A DNA stretch of 64,000 nt, taken from sequence record HM035025; one strand, 5' to 3'. The DNA is from Shigella phage Shfl2. The notes under the pieces were generated by a model, which made no database searches, was not told the origin of the DNA, and saw only the letters and a program-made list of their open reading frames with translations. Positions within the stretch are counted from its first letter, which is position 1. Every line of letters starts with the position of its first letter. A program made the translations under genes and the position numbers. Of the stretch, positions 35,981 through 46,736 are shown piece by piece.

Positions 35981-36057
35981 TGGTCGAGACAGAAGGATTC
36001 TAACCTTCAACCCACGGATTAGAAGTCCGTTGCTCTATACAATTGAGCTATGCCTCG
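35981..36057 (-). tRNA. tRNA-Arg (anticodon UCU), CCA encoded
   Basis: Manual fold: acceptor CGAGGCA/TGTCTCG, anticodon loop CTTCTAA, T-loop GGTTAGAATCC. Confidence 0.8.
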
Positions 36058-36061
36058 TATT

Positions 36062-36136
36062 TGGCGGACGTGATAGGATTCGAACCTATAACCAATCGCT
36101 TAACAGGCGATCGCTCTGCCATTGAGCTACACATCC
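36062..36136 (-). tRNA. tRNA-Asn (anticodon GUU), CCA encoded
   Basis: Manual fold: acceptor GGATGTG/CACGTCC, anticodon stem ATCGC/GCGAT, loop CTGTTAA, T-loop TTCGAAT. Confidence 0.7.
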
Positions 36137-36140
36137 AAAT

Positions 36141-36227
36141 TGGTGGGGAGTGATGGAGTCGAACCACCCGAGTCGCAATGACAATGGATTTACAGTCCAC
36201 ACCGCTACCTCTACGGGATAACTCCCC
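36141..36227 (-). tRNA. tRNA-Tyr (anticodon GUA), class II with long variable arm, CCA encoded
   Basis: Manual fold: acceptor GGGGAGT/ACTCCCC, anticodon loop CTGTAAA, long variable arm resembling bacterial tRNA-Tyr. Confidence 0.65.
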
Positions 36228-36236
36228 AAATTAATT

Positions 36237-36311
36237 TGGTGGCCCTGGGTGGAATTGAACCACCATCTGGCGATTATGAGTCGCTTGCTTGAACCTTCCA
36301 GCTACAGGGCC
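36237..36311 (-). tRNA. tRNA-Ile/Met (anticodon CAU), CCA encoded
   Basis: Manual fold: acceptor GGCCCTG/CAGGGCC, anticodon loop CTCATAA. Confidence 0.75.
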
Positions 36312-36312
36312 T

Positions 36313-36388
36313 TGGTGCTGATTGACGGAATCGAACCGCCGACGTCCTCATTACAAGTGAGGTGCTCTACCTACTGAGCTAAATCAGC
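36313..36388 (-). tRNA. tRNA-Thr (anticodon UGU), CCA encoded
   Basis: Manual fold: acceptor GCTGATT/AATCAGC, anticodon loop CTTGTAA, T-loop GGTTCGATTCC. Confidence 0.8.
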
Positions 36389-36390
36389 AA

Positions 36391-36477
36391 CGGAGGCGAT
36401 AGGATTTGAACCTATGAGTCGCCGGAGCGACTGCCGGTTTTCAAGACCGGTGCATTAAACCACTCTGCCACGCCTCC
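36391..36477 (-). tRNA. tRNA-Ser (anticodon UGA), class II, CCA not encoded
   Basis: Manual fold: acceptor GGAGGCG/CGCCTCC, anticodon loop CTTGAAA, long variable arm. Confidence 0.8.
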
Positions 36478-36479
36478 AG

Positions 36480-36553
36480 TCTCCGTGGCAGGATTTGAAC
36501 CTACGACATTCTGCTCCCAAAGCAGACGCTCTACCAAACTGAGCTACACGGAG
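36480..36553 (-). tRNA. tRNA-Pro (anticodon UGG), CCA not encoded
   Basis: Manual fold: acceptor CTCCGTG/CACGGAG, anticodon loop TTTGGGA. Confidence 0.8.
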
Positions 36554-36563
36554 TAAATTAAAT

Positions 36564-36637
<74 letters not shown>

Positions 36638-36642
36638 AAATT

Positions 36643-36729
36643 TGGTGCGAGAAGTGGGACTCGAACCCACAAGGAAATCATTCCGCAGCATTTTAAGTGC
36701 TGTGCCTTTACCAATTTGGCCATTCTCGC
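36643..36729 (-). tRNA. tRNA-Leu (anticodon UAA), class II, CCA encoded
   Basis: Manual fold: acceptor GCGAGAA/TTCTCGC, anticodon loop CTTAAAA, long variable arm. Confidence 0.8.
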
Positions 36730-36730
36730 G

Positions 36731-36803
36731 CTGGGAATAAAGGACTCGAACCTTTGCATCCTGGAATCAAAATCCAGTGCCTTACCAACTTGGCTAATTC
36801 CCA
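36731..36803 (-). tRNA. tRNA-Gln (anticodon UUG)
   Basis: Manual fold: acceptor TGGGAAT/ATTCCCA, anticodon loop TTTTGAT; first tRNA of the transcript. Confidence 0.8.
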
Positions 36804-36900
36804 ATTATTAACAAAGGCTCTCTAACAAGAACCCTTGATGATAGAGGGTATTAATCAGTGCGGTATGAGTTAATAATAACAAATAATTCTTAAAGCATAT

Positions 36901-37188
36901 TTACCATTTATGATGATACATACTTACGATGCATTCAAGACCCAAAGGATTCTTGAAAATATCATATTCAAGAGGACCTTTTTCTGTTTCAATAAAGAAA
37001 TCAAAATTTACTGTATTAAATTTACGGTCTTCCTTTACTAATTTAACTTGAGAAGATGAACGGTCAATGTAAACCTTTTCAACTTCAAAACATGTTAAAA
37101 TGCCATAATCATCGATCAAGGCTTTAGCTGCTTCTTGATCATATTTATATCCATTTTCAATGGATGATACTTTCGCATAAAGAATCAT
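36901..37188 (-). CDS. Hypothetical protein (95 aa)
   Basis: ORF track; between ipI locus and tRNA cluster. Confidence 0.5.
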   Translation of the reverse strand: MILYAKVSSIENGYKYDQEAAKALIDDYGILTCFEVEKVYIDRSSSQVKLVKEDRKFNTVNFDFFIETEKGPLEYDIFKNPLGLECIVSMYHHKW

Positions 37189-37190
37189 TA

Positions 37191-37601
37191 TCAGCCTCTA
37201 TCAACGATAGTATGAGTATGGGCATTTACGATTTGCCACCAGTCGAAACGATTGGAACCATAATCTGGTTTATTTTCATTTTCTTTAATGATATCACGCA
37301 GCTTATCTTCTGTTTCAGCATACGCAATTAAATCATCATACCCACCGCAAGGATAATAATTATCACCTGCGAATAAAAGAAAATTTACCTTAGATGGATT
37401 TACGTAATAATGGTCTTTAGGATATTTAGTTCCTCTCCAATCAGTTACTTCAACATAACGGTAAGAAAATCCATTTTTACTTTCAATCCAACTCCACGCT
37501 TCAAAAGGAGTATTAAAAACTCTATCAGGTATTAAATTACCTTCAAAATGAGAAGGATTTGCATAATCCCCGGCATAAACATAATATTCGTTAATACTCA
37601 T
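37191..37601 (-). CDS. Hypothetical protein (136 aa, Tyr/Trp-rich)
   Basis: ORF track. Confidence 0.5.
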   Translation of the reverse strand: MSINEYYVYAGDYANPSHFEGNLIPDRVFNTPFEAWSWIESKNGFSYRYVEVTDWRGTKYPKDHYYVNPSKVNFLLFAGDNYYPCGGYDDLIAYAETEDKLRDIIKENENKPDYGSNRFDWWQIVNAHTHTIVDRG

Positions 37602-37787
37602 TTATTCACCTTTAGAAATTTTATCCATAACGATAGCGATTAAACCAATTAAAAATGCTACTACAAGTGAAAACACATTTTCTGTTGTAGTTAATAATCC
37701 GCATATAAATCCAGCAAACATTGAAAAACTAAAAGCGGAAGCAGAAATTGCAATAGCAACATTTCGAATTAATTCACAACGTTTCAT
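37602..37787 (-). CDS. Small membrane protein (61 aa, 2 TM helices)
   Basis: ORF track; hydrophobic throughout. Confidence 0.5.
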   Translation of the reverse strand: MKRCELIRNVAIAISASAFSFSMFAGFICGLLTTTENVFSLVVAFLIGLIAIVMDKISKGE

Positions 37788-37815
37788 TTTATTCTCCTCA
37801 GTAGTTGATAGGGTA

Positions 37816-37845
37816 ATAGTATCACAACTAAAACCCTATGTAAAC
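37816..37845 (-). promoter_or_regulatory. Early promoter cassette (-35 GTTTAC, -10 TACTAT) with ATAGGGT..ACCCTAT stem-loop
   Basis: Member of repeated promoter family; upstream flank nearly identical to the 38146-38175 copy. Confidence 0.55.
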
Positions 37846-37857
37846 AACTTTGTGAAA

Positions 37858-38115
37858 TTATTTTAAATCTTCTAATCGTTTCTTCATCTTAGAACCGTTC
37901 TTAGCGATTTCGCCTGCATCAGAGCATAATGCTAAAAGCGCTTTAACTTTAGTTTGGTCTCCTTTAAAAGATGAAGGATCGACTGCAGCAGCAAGTTCTT
38001 TAATACGAGAAAAAAGACGCTCAGCTTCAGCTAAAGCCATTCCAAGTTTTACTTCCATACCGTGGGAAGATTCAGTGATAGTAGTTTTTGTAGCAAACTC
38101 TTTGAAAGTTTTCAT
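37858..38115 (-). CDS. Internal-protein-like protein with capsid-targeting sequence (ipI locus; 85 aa)
   Basis: N-terminus MKTFKEFATKTTITE|S; adjacent to 57B as ipI is in T4. Confidence 0.6.
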   Translation of the reverse strand: MKTFKEFATKTTITESSHGMEVKLGMALAEAERLFSRIKELAAAVDPSSFKGDQTKVKALLALCSDAGEIAKNGSKMKKRLEDLK

Positions 38116-38145
38116 TTTATTTTCCTAATTAATTTTGATGAGGTA

Positions 38146-38175
38146 ATAGTATCACTACCTCATCAGCATGTAAAC
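38146..38175 (-). promoter_or_regulatory. Early promoter cassette (-35 GTTTAC, -10 TACTAT) with TGATGAGGTA..TACCTCATCA stem-loop
   Basis: Member of repeated promoter family. Confidence 0.55.
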
Positions 38176-38187
38176 AACTTTGTGAAA

Positions 38188-38884
<697 letters not shown>

Positions 38885-38885
<1 letters not shown>

Positions 38886-39610
38886 TATAGTACCTTTAGT
38901 GTATTTTTAATTTTAGAAAAAAGTTCTTCAAGAGAACCATCGTTTGTAATTACTAAATCGCCATCACGAATTGGCAATCCAGCTTCTGTAATATGTGTAT
39001 CATTGGATTTTTGACCAGGACGAACTACATGAATTACTGTAGCACCCATCGCCCTAGCCGCATCCATTTCATGATCTTGACGGGTATCAGGAACGATATA
39101 ATAATCATAACCTGAGTTAAATTTATCAAGATAATCTAAAGCAAATAATTTTACCCAATACATGCGGTCGAAGTTATTAACAATCAAATCCGTACCTAGG
39201 GCTTGCATCAGACGACGGACTGACCATTGATCTTCAATATTATTTATAACGTCAATAATCTTGTTAAATGCTACGGAATTAACTGATTCTTGTCCTTCGT
39301 CATCAAAAACAAACACACCCTTAATTGGGCTTTTACCATTAAGATAGCAAAATGCTTGTTCCATAATCGTGATTACTTCTGATTTAGTCAGATTTAAATT
39401 AGTCTCACGATCATAGTCAATTCCTTCAAACTCTTTACGAGTTAAGCAAGGATAGTCAGTGTTTTCTGCAAATACTCCCCATGCATAAGCCAATGCATCC
39501 TTAATAGGACCAGCAAGTTGGTATTTAACTGCAGAATAATTGCTCATGATAAAATCAGCAGTAGTATCTTTTCCACTACGCTTTACACCACTTAAAAAGA
39601 TTAGTTTCAT
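38885..39610 (-). CDS. 1: Deoxynucleoside monophosphate kinase
   Basis: 241 aa; P-loop GVKRSGKDT; matches T4 gp1. Confidence 0.92.
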
Positions 39611-39659
39611 ATGTTTCTCCTCAAATTTAGTTAAGATTATAACACATGAAACTGAAGCA

Positions 39660-40190
39660 TTAAACTTCTGCTATAATTTTGCCATCTTTTTCTACTTGAA
39701 AATACGTATAAGGAATCGTTGCTGTGCATACTAAGGCTGGGTCTGAATCTTCCGTGTAGCTAAATTCTACTTCAGACAGGTCAGAAACCCAAGGCTTATA
39801 AAAATTTATTGACATCACGATTTCAGTTTTACTATTATCTAAAATGTAAAGCGTAATGTATTCAGGACCTGTTTTTTGGGCAGTATTTTCGCCTGTAAGA
39901 TAGTTACTAGTTCCTAGCATCCATTCATACATTCCTATCCACGACTTAAGCTCTTCATCAACTATAAATCTCACGATGAGTGGGTCGTACTCAAATGTAA
40001 CACCTGGACGTTGTGCTCGGCCTAGTCCAAACGGCCCAGTCACGGTATCAATAACAGGTATCCTAATTCCCGGAATAGGAACTGACTGAGCATTTAAAGT
40101 AAAAGCGGATGTAGTATTACTATGCGGTATTGATACTACAAAGTTAGTTGTATTTGCTTGGTTAAAAATTTGTTGTAGTGCTTGCGACAT
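39660..40190 (-). CDS. 3: Tail tube terminator / sheath stabiliser gp3 (176 aa from ATG with SD)
   Basis: ORF track extends to 40271; ATG at 40190 (MSQALQQIF...) with SD GAGGAA gives the T4 gp3 length. Confidence 0.8.
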   Translation of the reverse strand: MSQALQQIFNQANTTNFVVSIPHSNTTSAFTLNAQSVPIPGIRIPVIDTVTGPFGLGRAQRPGVTFEYDPLIVRFIVDEELKSWIGMYEWMLGTSNYLTGENTAQKTGPEYITLYILDNSKTEIVMSINFYKPWVSDLSEVEFSYTEDSDPALVCTATIPYTYFQVEKDGKIIAEV

Positions 40191-40296
40191 ATATTCCTCA
40201 TAATGCTTCATAAATGTTGGTGGTATAATGGGTCTAAGTCCCTTCCATTCAATTCCAATTAGAACAAACAATAGAAAAGAATGGAAGATAATAGAA

Positions 40297-41121
40297 TTAG
40301 ATATTTGACCAGACTTTGTTTGCAGAGAAACGTTTTCCTTTTGAAACGAACTGCTGAAGTGGCATCAACACAACGTTCGCCCAGTCTTTCGGGGCGATTT
40401 CAACAAGGCTACCCATAATATTACCGGGTATATATGCCTTAATCATTTGGTCTGCACCCCTAAATCCTTTCACTTGACTCCAATCAATTTTTAATTTCGT
40501 TTTATTAGTAATAGTAGGTGTATTTGCATATTGCTTTAAAAGCTCTTCTAGGAATTGCTGACGAGCTTTAGGTGGAATATAGTGCAAGTTTAATCCGTAC
40601 ATTAAATTATGCTTACCTAAACCAAGGTAAATTATCAAAGGAAATTTATCCCAATAAGGAAGAGTTTCCTTGTGTTTAGCATCATAAGCAAAAGCATATA
40701 TTCGTCCCGGCTGCGGGCGAACAACTTTATGTCCTTTTACTTGCTTAATAGTTTCAGCAAACCACTTTCTGGTTTTATTATTAATTGCTGCACCTTCATT
40801 ACGAATTTTATCATGCAACGTTTGCCTGAATGAATTTATCATAAGCAGTTGTCTTTCTTGCTTATTGAGCTTATTCATTGGTTTTGATTCAAGCTTTTGA
40901 ATCTTTTCAGCCGTTTTAATTCCCGAAGCATATTTTGACATTGCCGAAGTAAACGTAGAGTATTTGATTCCTCTTTCTTCAGCAAATTGCTTTCCTGTCA
41001 TTCCTTTTGCTTTGGCCTTTTTATATTCAAGACCTATCTGAATCCATTTCTTTTCGTTTAATGATTGCTTAACCTTTGGAACTTGGGGAGTGCTTTCATT
41101 AATTATTTGAAAAATAGCCAT
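40297..41121 (-). CDS. 2: DNA end-protector protein gp2
   Basis: 274 aa; synteny between genes 3 and 4. Confidence 0.85.
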   Translation of the reverse strand: MAIFQIINESTPQVPKVKQSLNEKKWIQIGLEYKKAKAKGMTGKQFAEERGIKYSTFTSAMSKYASGIKTAEKIQKLESKPMNKLNKQERQLLMINSFRQTLHDKIRNEGAAINNKTRKWFAETIKQVKGHKVVRPQPGRIYAFAYDAKHKETLPYWDKFPLIIYLGLGKHNLMYGLNLHYIPPKARQQFLEELLKQYANTPTITNKTKLKIDWSQVKGFRGADQMIKAYIPGNIMGSLVEIAPKDWANVVLMPLQQFVSKGKRFSANKVWSNI

Positions 41122-41573
41122 TATGCCCCCTTAAAGCCAAGAGCTCGTAATCCATCTTCTGTTAGAATTCTAAATTTTATTCCACGCTTTTCAGCTAAAG
41201 ATTGCGCTGCTTTCCATTTGTCAGTGTTCACAGACCAGGTATAAATTTCATTCATAAATCTTTTCTTCGCTGCGGTTGTTAGATGTGCTGGTTTAACTGG
41301 TGGTTGTGTTTCTTTTTTAGGTTTTATTTCAATAAAAAATTCTTGTCCAGAAGAATCTTTCATCCAAATATCCATGAAGTATCTACGTTTTTTCCCTTCT
41401 GCATTACAAAAATAAGGAATTACTGCTGTTTCACTACCCCATGCAATAATTTCTGGATTTTTATCTAACCATTCAAAAAAGAATTTTTCCCAATTTGATC
41501 TATACGTAATTTTTTTAGGGTCACCTCTATACTTTGATATATTTTTAGGAACCCATTTTCCAGAATATGCCAT
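41121..41573 (-). CDS. 4: Head completion protein gp4
   Basis: 150 aa; synteny; preceded by a late promoter. Confidence 0.85.
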   Translation of the reverse strand: MAYSGKWVPKNISKYRGDPKKITYRSNWEKFFFEWLDKNPEIIAWGSETAVIPYFCNAEGKKRRYFMDIWMKDSSGQEFFIEIKPKKETQPPVKPAHLTTAAKKRFMNEIYTWSVNTDKWKAAQSLAEKRGIKFRILTEDGLRALGFKGA

Positions 41574-41583
41574 TGGATTCTCC

Positions 41584-41606
41584 TTATAAATAGATAATAT
41601 ATTTAT
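41584..41606. promoter_or_regulatory. Divergent late promoters: TATAAATA (plus, for gene 53) and TATAAATA on the minus strand (for gene 4)
   Basis: Plus tataaata at 41584-41591; reverse complement of tatttata at 41599-41606. Confidence 0.65.
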
Positions 41607-41620
41607 AAACAGGAGGGCCC

Positions 41621-42211
41621 ATGCTCTTTACATTTTTTGATCCGATTGAATATGCGGCCAAAACGGTGAATAAAAACGCGCCGACTATTCCTATGACAGA
41701 TATTTTTAGAAACTATAAAGACTATTTTAAACGCGCTCTTGCGGGATACCGCTTACGTACTTATTATATTAAAGGTTCACCACGCCCGGAAGAATTAGCA
41801 AATACTATATATGGAAATCCACAGTTGTATTGGGTTTTATTGATGTGTAATGATAATTATGACCCGTATTATGGATGGATTACTTCGCAAGAAGCTGCTT
41901 ATCAAGCATCTATACAAAAATACAAAAATGTAGGTGGAGACCAAATAGTATATCATGTAAATGAGAACGGTGAAAAATTTTATAATTTAATATCATACGA
42001 TGATAATCCATATGTTTGGTATGACAAAGGCGATAAAGCTAGAAAATATCCTCAATATGAAGGAGCACTTGCTGCGGTCGATACGTATGAAGCGGCTGTT
42101 CTTGAAAATGAAAAACTTCGTCAAATAAAAATAATAGCAAAATCAGACATCAATTCATTTATGAACGACCTTATACGTATAATGGAGAAATCTTATGGAA
42201 ATGATAAGTAA
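41621..42211 (+). CDS. 53: Baseplate wedge protein gp53
   Basis: 196 aa; SD AGGAGGG; synteny. Confidence 0.88.
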   Translation: MLFTFFDPIEYAAKTVNKNAPTIPMTDIFRNYKDYFKRALAGYRLRTYYIKGSPRPEELANTIYGNPQLYWVLLMCNDNYDPYYGWITSQEAAYQASIQKYKNVGGDQIVYHVNENGEKFYNLISYDDNPYVWYDKGDKARKYPQYEGALAAVDTYEAAVLENEKLRQIKIIAKSDINSFMNDLIRIMEKSYGNDK

Positions 42212-43922
42212 TAACCTTAATTGGTTTGTTGGTGTTGTTGAAGATAGAATGGACCCGTTAAAATTAGGTCGTGTTCGTGTTCGTGTGGTTGGTTTGCATC
42301 CACCTCAAAGAGCACAAGGTGATGTAATGGGTATTCCAACTGAAAAATTACCATGGATGTCAGTTATTCAACCTATAACTTCTGCAGCAATGTCAGGAAT
42401 TGGAGGTTCTGTTACTGGACCGGTAGAAGGAACTAGAGTTTATGGTCATTTTTTGGACAAATGGAAAACTAACGGAATTGTCCTTGGCACGTATGGTGGA
42501 ATAGTTCGCGAAAAACCGAATAGACTTGAAGGATTTTCTGACCCAACTGGGCAGTATCCTAGACGTTTAGGAAATGATACTAACGTACTAAACCAAGGCG
42601 GAGAAGTAGGATATGATTCGTCTTCTAACGTTATCCAAGATAGTAACTTAGACACCGCAATAAATCCCGATGATAGACCACTATCAGAGATTCCAACTGA
42701 TGATAATCCAAATATGTCAATGGCTGAAATGCTTCGCCGTGATGAAGGATTAAGACTAAAAGTTTATTGGGATACTGAAGGATATCCGACAATTGGCATT
42801 GGTCATCTTATCATGAAGCAGCCAGTTCGTGATATGGCTCAAATTAATAAAGTTTTATCGAAACAAGTTGGTCGTGAAATTACTGGAAACCCAGGTTCTA
42901 TTACAATGGAAGAAGCGACGACTTTATTTGAGCGTGATTTGGCTGATATGCAACGTGATATTAAATCACATTCTAAAGTAGGACCAGTCTGGCAAGCTGT
43001 CAACCGTTCTCGCCAAATGGCATTAGAAAATATGGCATTTCAGATGGGTGTTGGCGGTGTAGCTAAATTTAACACAATGTTAACTGCTATGTTAGCAGGA
43101 GATTGGGAAAAAGCATATAAAGCCGGTCGTGATTCATTGTGGTATCAACAAACAAAAGGCCGTGCATCTCGTGTTACCATGATTATTCTTACAGGGAATT
43201 TGGAATCATACGGTATTGAAGTGAAAACGCCGGCTAGGTCTTTGTCTGCAATGGCTGCTACTGTAGCAAAGTCTTCTGATCCAGCTGACCCTCCTATTCC
43301 GAATGATTCGAGAATTTTATTTAAAGAACCTGTTTCTTCATATAAAGGTGAATATCCGTATGTTCACACAATGGAAACTGAAAGCGGTCATATTCAGGAA
43401 TTTGACGATACCCCGGGACAAGAACGATACAGATTAGTTCATCCGACTGGAACATATGAGGAAGTATCACCGTCAGGAAGAAGAACAAGAAAAACTGTTG
43501 ATAATTTGTATGATATAACAAATGCTGATGGTAATTTTTTGGTAGCTGGCGATAAAAAGACTAACGTCGGTGGGTCAGAAATTTATTACAACATGGATAA
43601 TCGTCTCCACCAAATAGATGGAAGCAATACAATATTTGTACGTGGCGATGAAACTAAGACAGTTGAAGGTAATGGAACTATCCTAGTCAAAGGTAATGTT
43701 ACTATTGTAGTTGAAGGTAATGCTGACATTACAGTTAAAGGAGATGCTACCACTTTAGTTGAAGGTAATCAAACTAACACAGTAAATGGAAATCTTTCTT
43801 GGAAAGTTGCTGGGACAGTTGATTGGGACGTTGGTGGTGATTGGACAGAAAAAATGGCATCTATGAGTTCTATTTCATCTGGTCAATACACAATTGATGG
43901 ATCGAGGATTGACATTGGCTAA
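42195..43922 (+). CDS. 5: Baseplate hub / cell-puncturing protein with lysozyme domain gp5
   Basis: 575 aa; internal lysozyme domain paralogous to e; C-terminal VxGxxxxx beta-helix repeats. Confidence 0.93.
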   Translation: MEMISNNLNWFVGVVEDRMDPLKLGRVRVRVVGLHPPQRAQGDVMGIPTEKLPWMSVIQPITSAAMSGIGGSVTGPVEGTRVYGHFLDKWKTNGIVLGTYGGIVREKPNRLEGFSDPTGQYPRRLGNDTNVLNQGGEVGYDSSSNVIQDSNLDTAINPDDRPLSEIPTDDNPNMSMAEMLRRDEGLRLKVYWDTEGYPTIGIGHLIMKQPVRDMAQINKVLSKQVGREITGNPGSITMEEATTLFERDLADMQRDIKSHSKVGPVWQAVNRSRQMALENMAFQMGVGGVAKFNTMLTAMLAGDWEKAYKAGRDSLWYQQTKGRASRVTMIILTGNLESYGIEVKTPARSLSAMAATVAKSSDPADPPIPNDSRILFKEPVSSYKGEYPYVHTMETESGHIQEFDDTPGQERYRLVHPTGTYEEVSPSGRRTRKTVDNLYDITNADGNFLVAGDKKTNVGGSEIYYNMDNRLHQIDGSNTIFVRGDETKTVEGNGTILVKGNVTIVVEGNADITVKGDATTLVEGNQTNTVNGNLSWKVAGTVDWDVGGDWTEKMASMSSISSGQYTIDGSRIDIG

Positions 43923-44451
43923 TATACTTCCAATGAGCGCTGATTTAGGAGAATCCATGGAAGGTTCTTCTATCGACGTCACCTTTACCGCTCAATTAGA
44001 AACAGGTGAAACGTTAGTATCTATAAATATAACTAGTTACGAAGAAACTCCTGGGGTTTTAGTAGAAGAAAATCGCTTATATGGAACATATGAATCTGTA
44101 TTTGGTTTCGGAAATGACGCGTTGAAATATCGTTTAGGCGATGAATTTAAAACTGCTGCTTCATGGGAAGAACTTCCTACTGATTCTGATACTCAGTTGT
44201 ATTTGTGGAAAGCTCCTCAGAACCTCCAGAAGACATTCACTTACGAAGTAACATTGATATATGACTACCAAGAACAAGGTGAATCTGGAGGTTCTGGCAG
44301 TAATTCTAGGTCATCTTCTGATACTACTGAACCAACTGATCCTCCTGCTCCAATAAGAAAAACTCTTGTTAAAAATTATACAAAAACTATAGTTGGAAAT
44401 TGGAGTCGTTGGGCTAATAAATTGAGAAGCTATGTATATGAGAGGCCATAA
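43894..44451 (+). CDS. 5.1: Hypothetical protein gp5.1
   Basis: 185 aa; between genes 5 and 5.4. Confidence 0.65.
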
Positions 44452-44745
44452 ATGTCAGGATTAAGCTATGATAAGTGTGTTACTGCTGGTCATGAAGCAT
44501 GGCCTCCAACAGTTGTGAATGCCACACAAAGTAAAGTATTCACTGGAGGAATTGCTGTTCTCGTAGCAGGTGATCCAATTACAGAACATACAGAAATTAA
44601 AAAGCCATATGAAACACATGGCGGAGTGACACAACCTAGAACTTCTAAGGTATATGTCACTGGAAAGAAAGCTGTTCAAATGGCTGATCCAATATCATGC
44701 GGTGATACTGTGGCTCAGGCATCATCTAAAGTATTCATTAAATAG
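44452..44745 (+). CDS. 5.4: PAAR-repeat spike tip protein gp5.4
   Basis: 97 aa; PAAR-like repeats; position. Confidence 0.8.
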
Positions 44746-44753
44746 GATTTAAA

Positions 44754-46736
44754 ATGGCAAATACCCCTGTAAATTATCAATTAACAAGAACAGCAAATGC
44801 TATTCCCGAGATATTCGTCGGGGGTACATTTGCTGAAATAAAACAAAACCTCATTGAATGGCTTAATGGTCAAAATGAATTTTTGGATTATGATTTTGAA
44901 GGCTCGAGATTAAACGTTCTGTGCGACCTTTTGGCTTATAATACATTATACATTCAGCAGTTTGGTAATGCTGCCTTGTATGAAAGCTTTATGCGTACTG
45001 CTAACTTACGTAGTTCAGTAGTTCAAGCGGCACAAGATAATGGATATTTACCTACTTCAAAATCAGCTGCTCAAACTGAAATTATGCTAACTTGTACAGA
45101 CGCATTGAATAGAAATTACATTACTATTCCTCGTGGTACTCGCTTTTTAGCATATGCAAAGGATACTTCCGTTAATCCTTACAACTTTGTATCTACCGAA
45201 GATGTTATTGCTATTCGTGATAAAAATAACCAATATTTTCCACGTTTAAAGTTGGCTCAGGGACGTATAGTAAGAACTGAAATCATTTATGATAAATTAA
45301 CACCTATTATCATTTATGACAAAAATATAGATAGAAACCAAGTTAAACTATACGTTGATGGAGCAGAATGGATTAACTGGACAAGAAAGTCAATGGTTCA
45401 TGCTGGTTCTACATCAACAATTTACTACATGCGTGAAACTATTGATGGAAATACTGAGTTTTATTTTGGTGAAGGTGAGATTTCTGTTAACGCGGCAGAA
45501 GGAGCATTGACCGCTAATTATATTGGAGGTCTTAAACCTACTCAGAACTCTACGATTGTTATTGAGTACATCAGTACTAACGGTGCAGATGCGAATGGCG
45601 CAGTCGGATTTTCATATGCAGATACATTAACAAATATAACTGTCATCAACATTAATGAAAATCCAAACGACGACCCAGATTTTGTCGGAGCAGATGGCGG
45701 CGGTGATCCAGAAGATATTGAGCGTATTCGCGAATTGGGTACTATTAAACGTGAAACTCAGCAACGATGCGTAACTGCGACTGACTACGATACATTCGTT
45801 TCAGAGAGATTTGGTTCTATTATTCAAGCTGTTCAGACTTTCACTGATTCTACTAAACCTGGGTATGCATTTATTGCTGCTAAACCTAAATCAGGTCTGT
45901 ATTTAACTACCGTACAGCGTGAAGATATTAAAAATTATCTCAAAGACTATAATTTAGCTCCTATCACACCATCAATTATTTCTCCTAATTATCTTTTTAT
46001 TAAGACTAATTTAAAAGTCACATACGCTTTAAATAAGCTGCAAGAATCCGAACAGTGGCTCGAAGGTCAAATAATTGATAAAATTGATCGTTATTATACC
46101 GAAGATGTAGAAATTTTTAACTCGTCTTTCGCTAAATCTAAGATGTTAACTTATGTAGATGATGCAGATCATTCTATCATTGGTTCATCAGCGACAATTC
46201 AAATTGTTCGTGAAGTACAAAATTTCTATAAAACTCCTGAAGCGGGTATTAAATACAATAATCAAATAAAAGACCGTTCTATGGAATCTAATACGTTTTC
46301 ATTTAATTCTGGACGAAAAGTTGTAAATCCTGATACTGGTTTAGAAGAAGATGTATTATACGATGTTCGCATAGTATCAACAGACCGAGATTCTAAAGGA
46401 ATTGGTAAAGTTATTATTGGTCCATTTGCTTCTGGCGATGTTACAGAAAATGAAAACATTCAGCCGTATACAGGCAACGATTTTAACAAATTAGCAAATT
46501 CTGATGGACGCGACAAATACTATGTTATCGGTGAAATAAATTATCCAGCTGACATGATTTATTGGAATATCGCTAAAATTAATTTAACATCTGAAAAATT
46601 TGAAGTTCAGACTATTGAATTATATTCTGACCCAACCGATGATGTTATCTTTACTCGCGATGGTTCACTGATTGTATTTGAAAATGACTTACGTCCACAA
46701 TACTTAACTATCGATTTGGAGCCTATATCACAATGA
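44754..46736 (+). CDS. 6: Baseplate wedge protein gp6
   Basis: 660 aa; synteny. Confidence 0.92.
   Translation: MANTPVNYQLTRTANAIPEIFVGGTFAEIKQNLIEWLNGQNEFLDYDFEGSRLNVLCDLLAYNTLYIQQFGNAALYESFMRTANLRSSVVQAAQDNGYLPTSKSAAQTEIMLTCTDALNRNYITIPRGTRFLAYAKDTSVNPYNFVSTEDVIAIRDKNNQYFPRLKLAQGRIVRTEIIYDKLTPIIIYDKNIDRNQVKLYVDGAEWINWTRKSMVHAGSTSTIYYMRETIDGNTEFYFGEGEISVNAAEGALTANYIGGLKPTQNSTIVIEYISTNGADANGAVGFSYADTLTNITVININENPNDDPDFVGADGGGDPEDIERIRELGTIKRETQQRCVTATDYDTFVSERFGSIIQAVQTFTDSTKPGYAFIAAKPKSGLYLTTVQREDIKNYLKDYNLAPITPSIISPNYLFIKTNLKVTYALNKLQESEQWLEGQIIDKIDRYYTEDVEIFNSSFAKSKMLTYVDDADHSIIGSSATIQIVREVQNFYKTPEAGIKYNNQIKDRSMESNTFSFNSGRKVVNPDTGLEEDVLYDVRIVSTDRDSKGIGKVIIGPFASGDVTENENIQPYTGNDFNKLANSDGRDKYYVIGEINYPADMIYWNIAKINLTSEKFEVQTIELYSDPTDDVIFTRDGSLIVFENDLRPQYLTIDLEPISQ

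Noticed and set aside
36010-36010. ORF-track start of the 35612-36010 ORF
   Set aside because: The start lies inside tRNA-Arg; an ATG with SD at 35962 gives a non-overlapping gene.
42195-43922. Lysozyme domain in gp5 as a separate or novel lysin gene
   Set aside because: It is an internal domain of the baseplate hub protein and a known paralog of e, not a separate gene.
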